A stretch of DNA of 64,000 nt. Source: Mobula hypostoma (Eukaryota). This document shows positions 63,280 through 64,000 of this stretch, piece by piece; the stretch's first letter is position 1; each line of letters starts with the position of its first letter. The stretch is taken from positions 97,714,001-97,778,000 of the forward strand of contig NC_086108.1 in NCBI RefSeq assembly GCF_963921235.1, read 5' to 3'. The position numbers and the translations under genes are program-made. The notes below the pieces were generated by a model that was not told the DNA's origin, did not search any database, and saw only the letters and a list, made by a program, of their open reading frames with translations.

Positions 63280-63856
63280 TGGAGGTGAAGGCACAGGCGA
63301 GGATTAGTCGAGGAAAATGGAGGCGAGTGATGGTGGAGATGGAGGTGCAGGGAAGGCCTAGTTGAGGCAAGTGAAGGTGGAGGTGGGGTTGAAGCAGAGT
63401 CAAGGCAGAGTTGTGGCATTCCCGAGAGTGAATAAAGTCCAGGTGTCTGATTGATTTAAGCGCTGGGCCAGATTGAAAAGGTCAGTGTGGGAGGGCCGGT
63501 TGTGCTCACTGCACTGTGATGTTTACTCAGCTCTGCACTAAACTGAAGCTGCGGTCTGCTCTGGCTACAATGATGCCTGGTTTTGCATCTGTGGCCTCAG
63601 CTCTGCGATGAACAGGGGCTGTGGTCTGTCCCAGCTGCAGTGCTGCCTGGTATCATGCCTTTCATAAAATTTCTGTTCTGAAGCTATTTGCTTGCTTTTA
63701 TTGTTTGCACAATTTGTTTTTTTTTCTCTTTCTCTCTGAATTGGGTGCTGTTAATGAGTTATTTTGAGGTTTCTTTGTTTTGTGGCTGTCCGTAAGGAGA
63801 CAAATCTCAAGGTTGTATAATTTAAACATACTTTGATAATAAATGTACTTTGAACT
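63280..63856 (+). mobile_element. Non-coding retroposon with Rex-type tail
   Basis: Ends gataataaatgtactttgaactt like other Rex-tailed elements. Confidence 0.55.
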
Positions 63857-64000
63857 TCTGCACCTAGCATCACTTTTTGTACATACAGTCAAGTTCAAGT
63901 TTAGAATCATTGAACGCTACATGTATACCGCCAAACAAGACAACACTCCTCCTGACACAGCACACATAACATATAAAGGAATATTATCACAAATTAACAA

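Noticed and set aside
1..64000. Host protein-coding genes from the six-frame ORF track
   Set aside because: The long ORFs are LINE/PLE/Tc1 fragments or antisense shadows of them. The rest have no recognisable domains.

Overview
Repeat-dense vertebrate non-coding DNA (intronic or intergenic). The TE repertoire suggests a cartilaginous fish, probably a ray; this is an inference. I found no host protein-coding gene I can support, and nearly all listed ORFs are TE fragments or their antisense shadows. The window is mostly nested retroelements: many CR1-clade LINEs (one ~2.9 kb with APE endonuclease + RT), Rex1/Babar-like LINEs, a Tx1/L1 3' fragment, RTE-derived elements, tRNA-derived SINEs and a decayed Penelope-like element (PLE; RT + GIY-YIG). 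It also holds Tc1/Tigger-like DNA elements, a solo LTR and a decayed PIF/Harbinger transposase. The most interesting signal is a family of about 12 short (about 100-640 bp) PLE-derived insertions, most with 12-16 bp target-site duplications (TSDs). Many are fold-back palindromes, and many carry a minimal hammerhead ribozyme motif (CUGANGA...GAAAC-GUC), with recurrent breakpoints at the ribozyme edge. A second theme is several local 90-240 bp duplications tied to LINE insertions. Boundaries of old elements are approximate (tens of bp).
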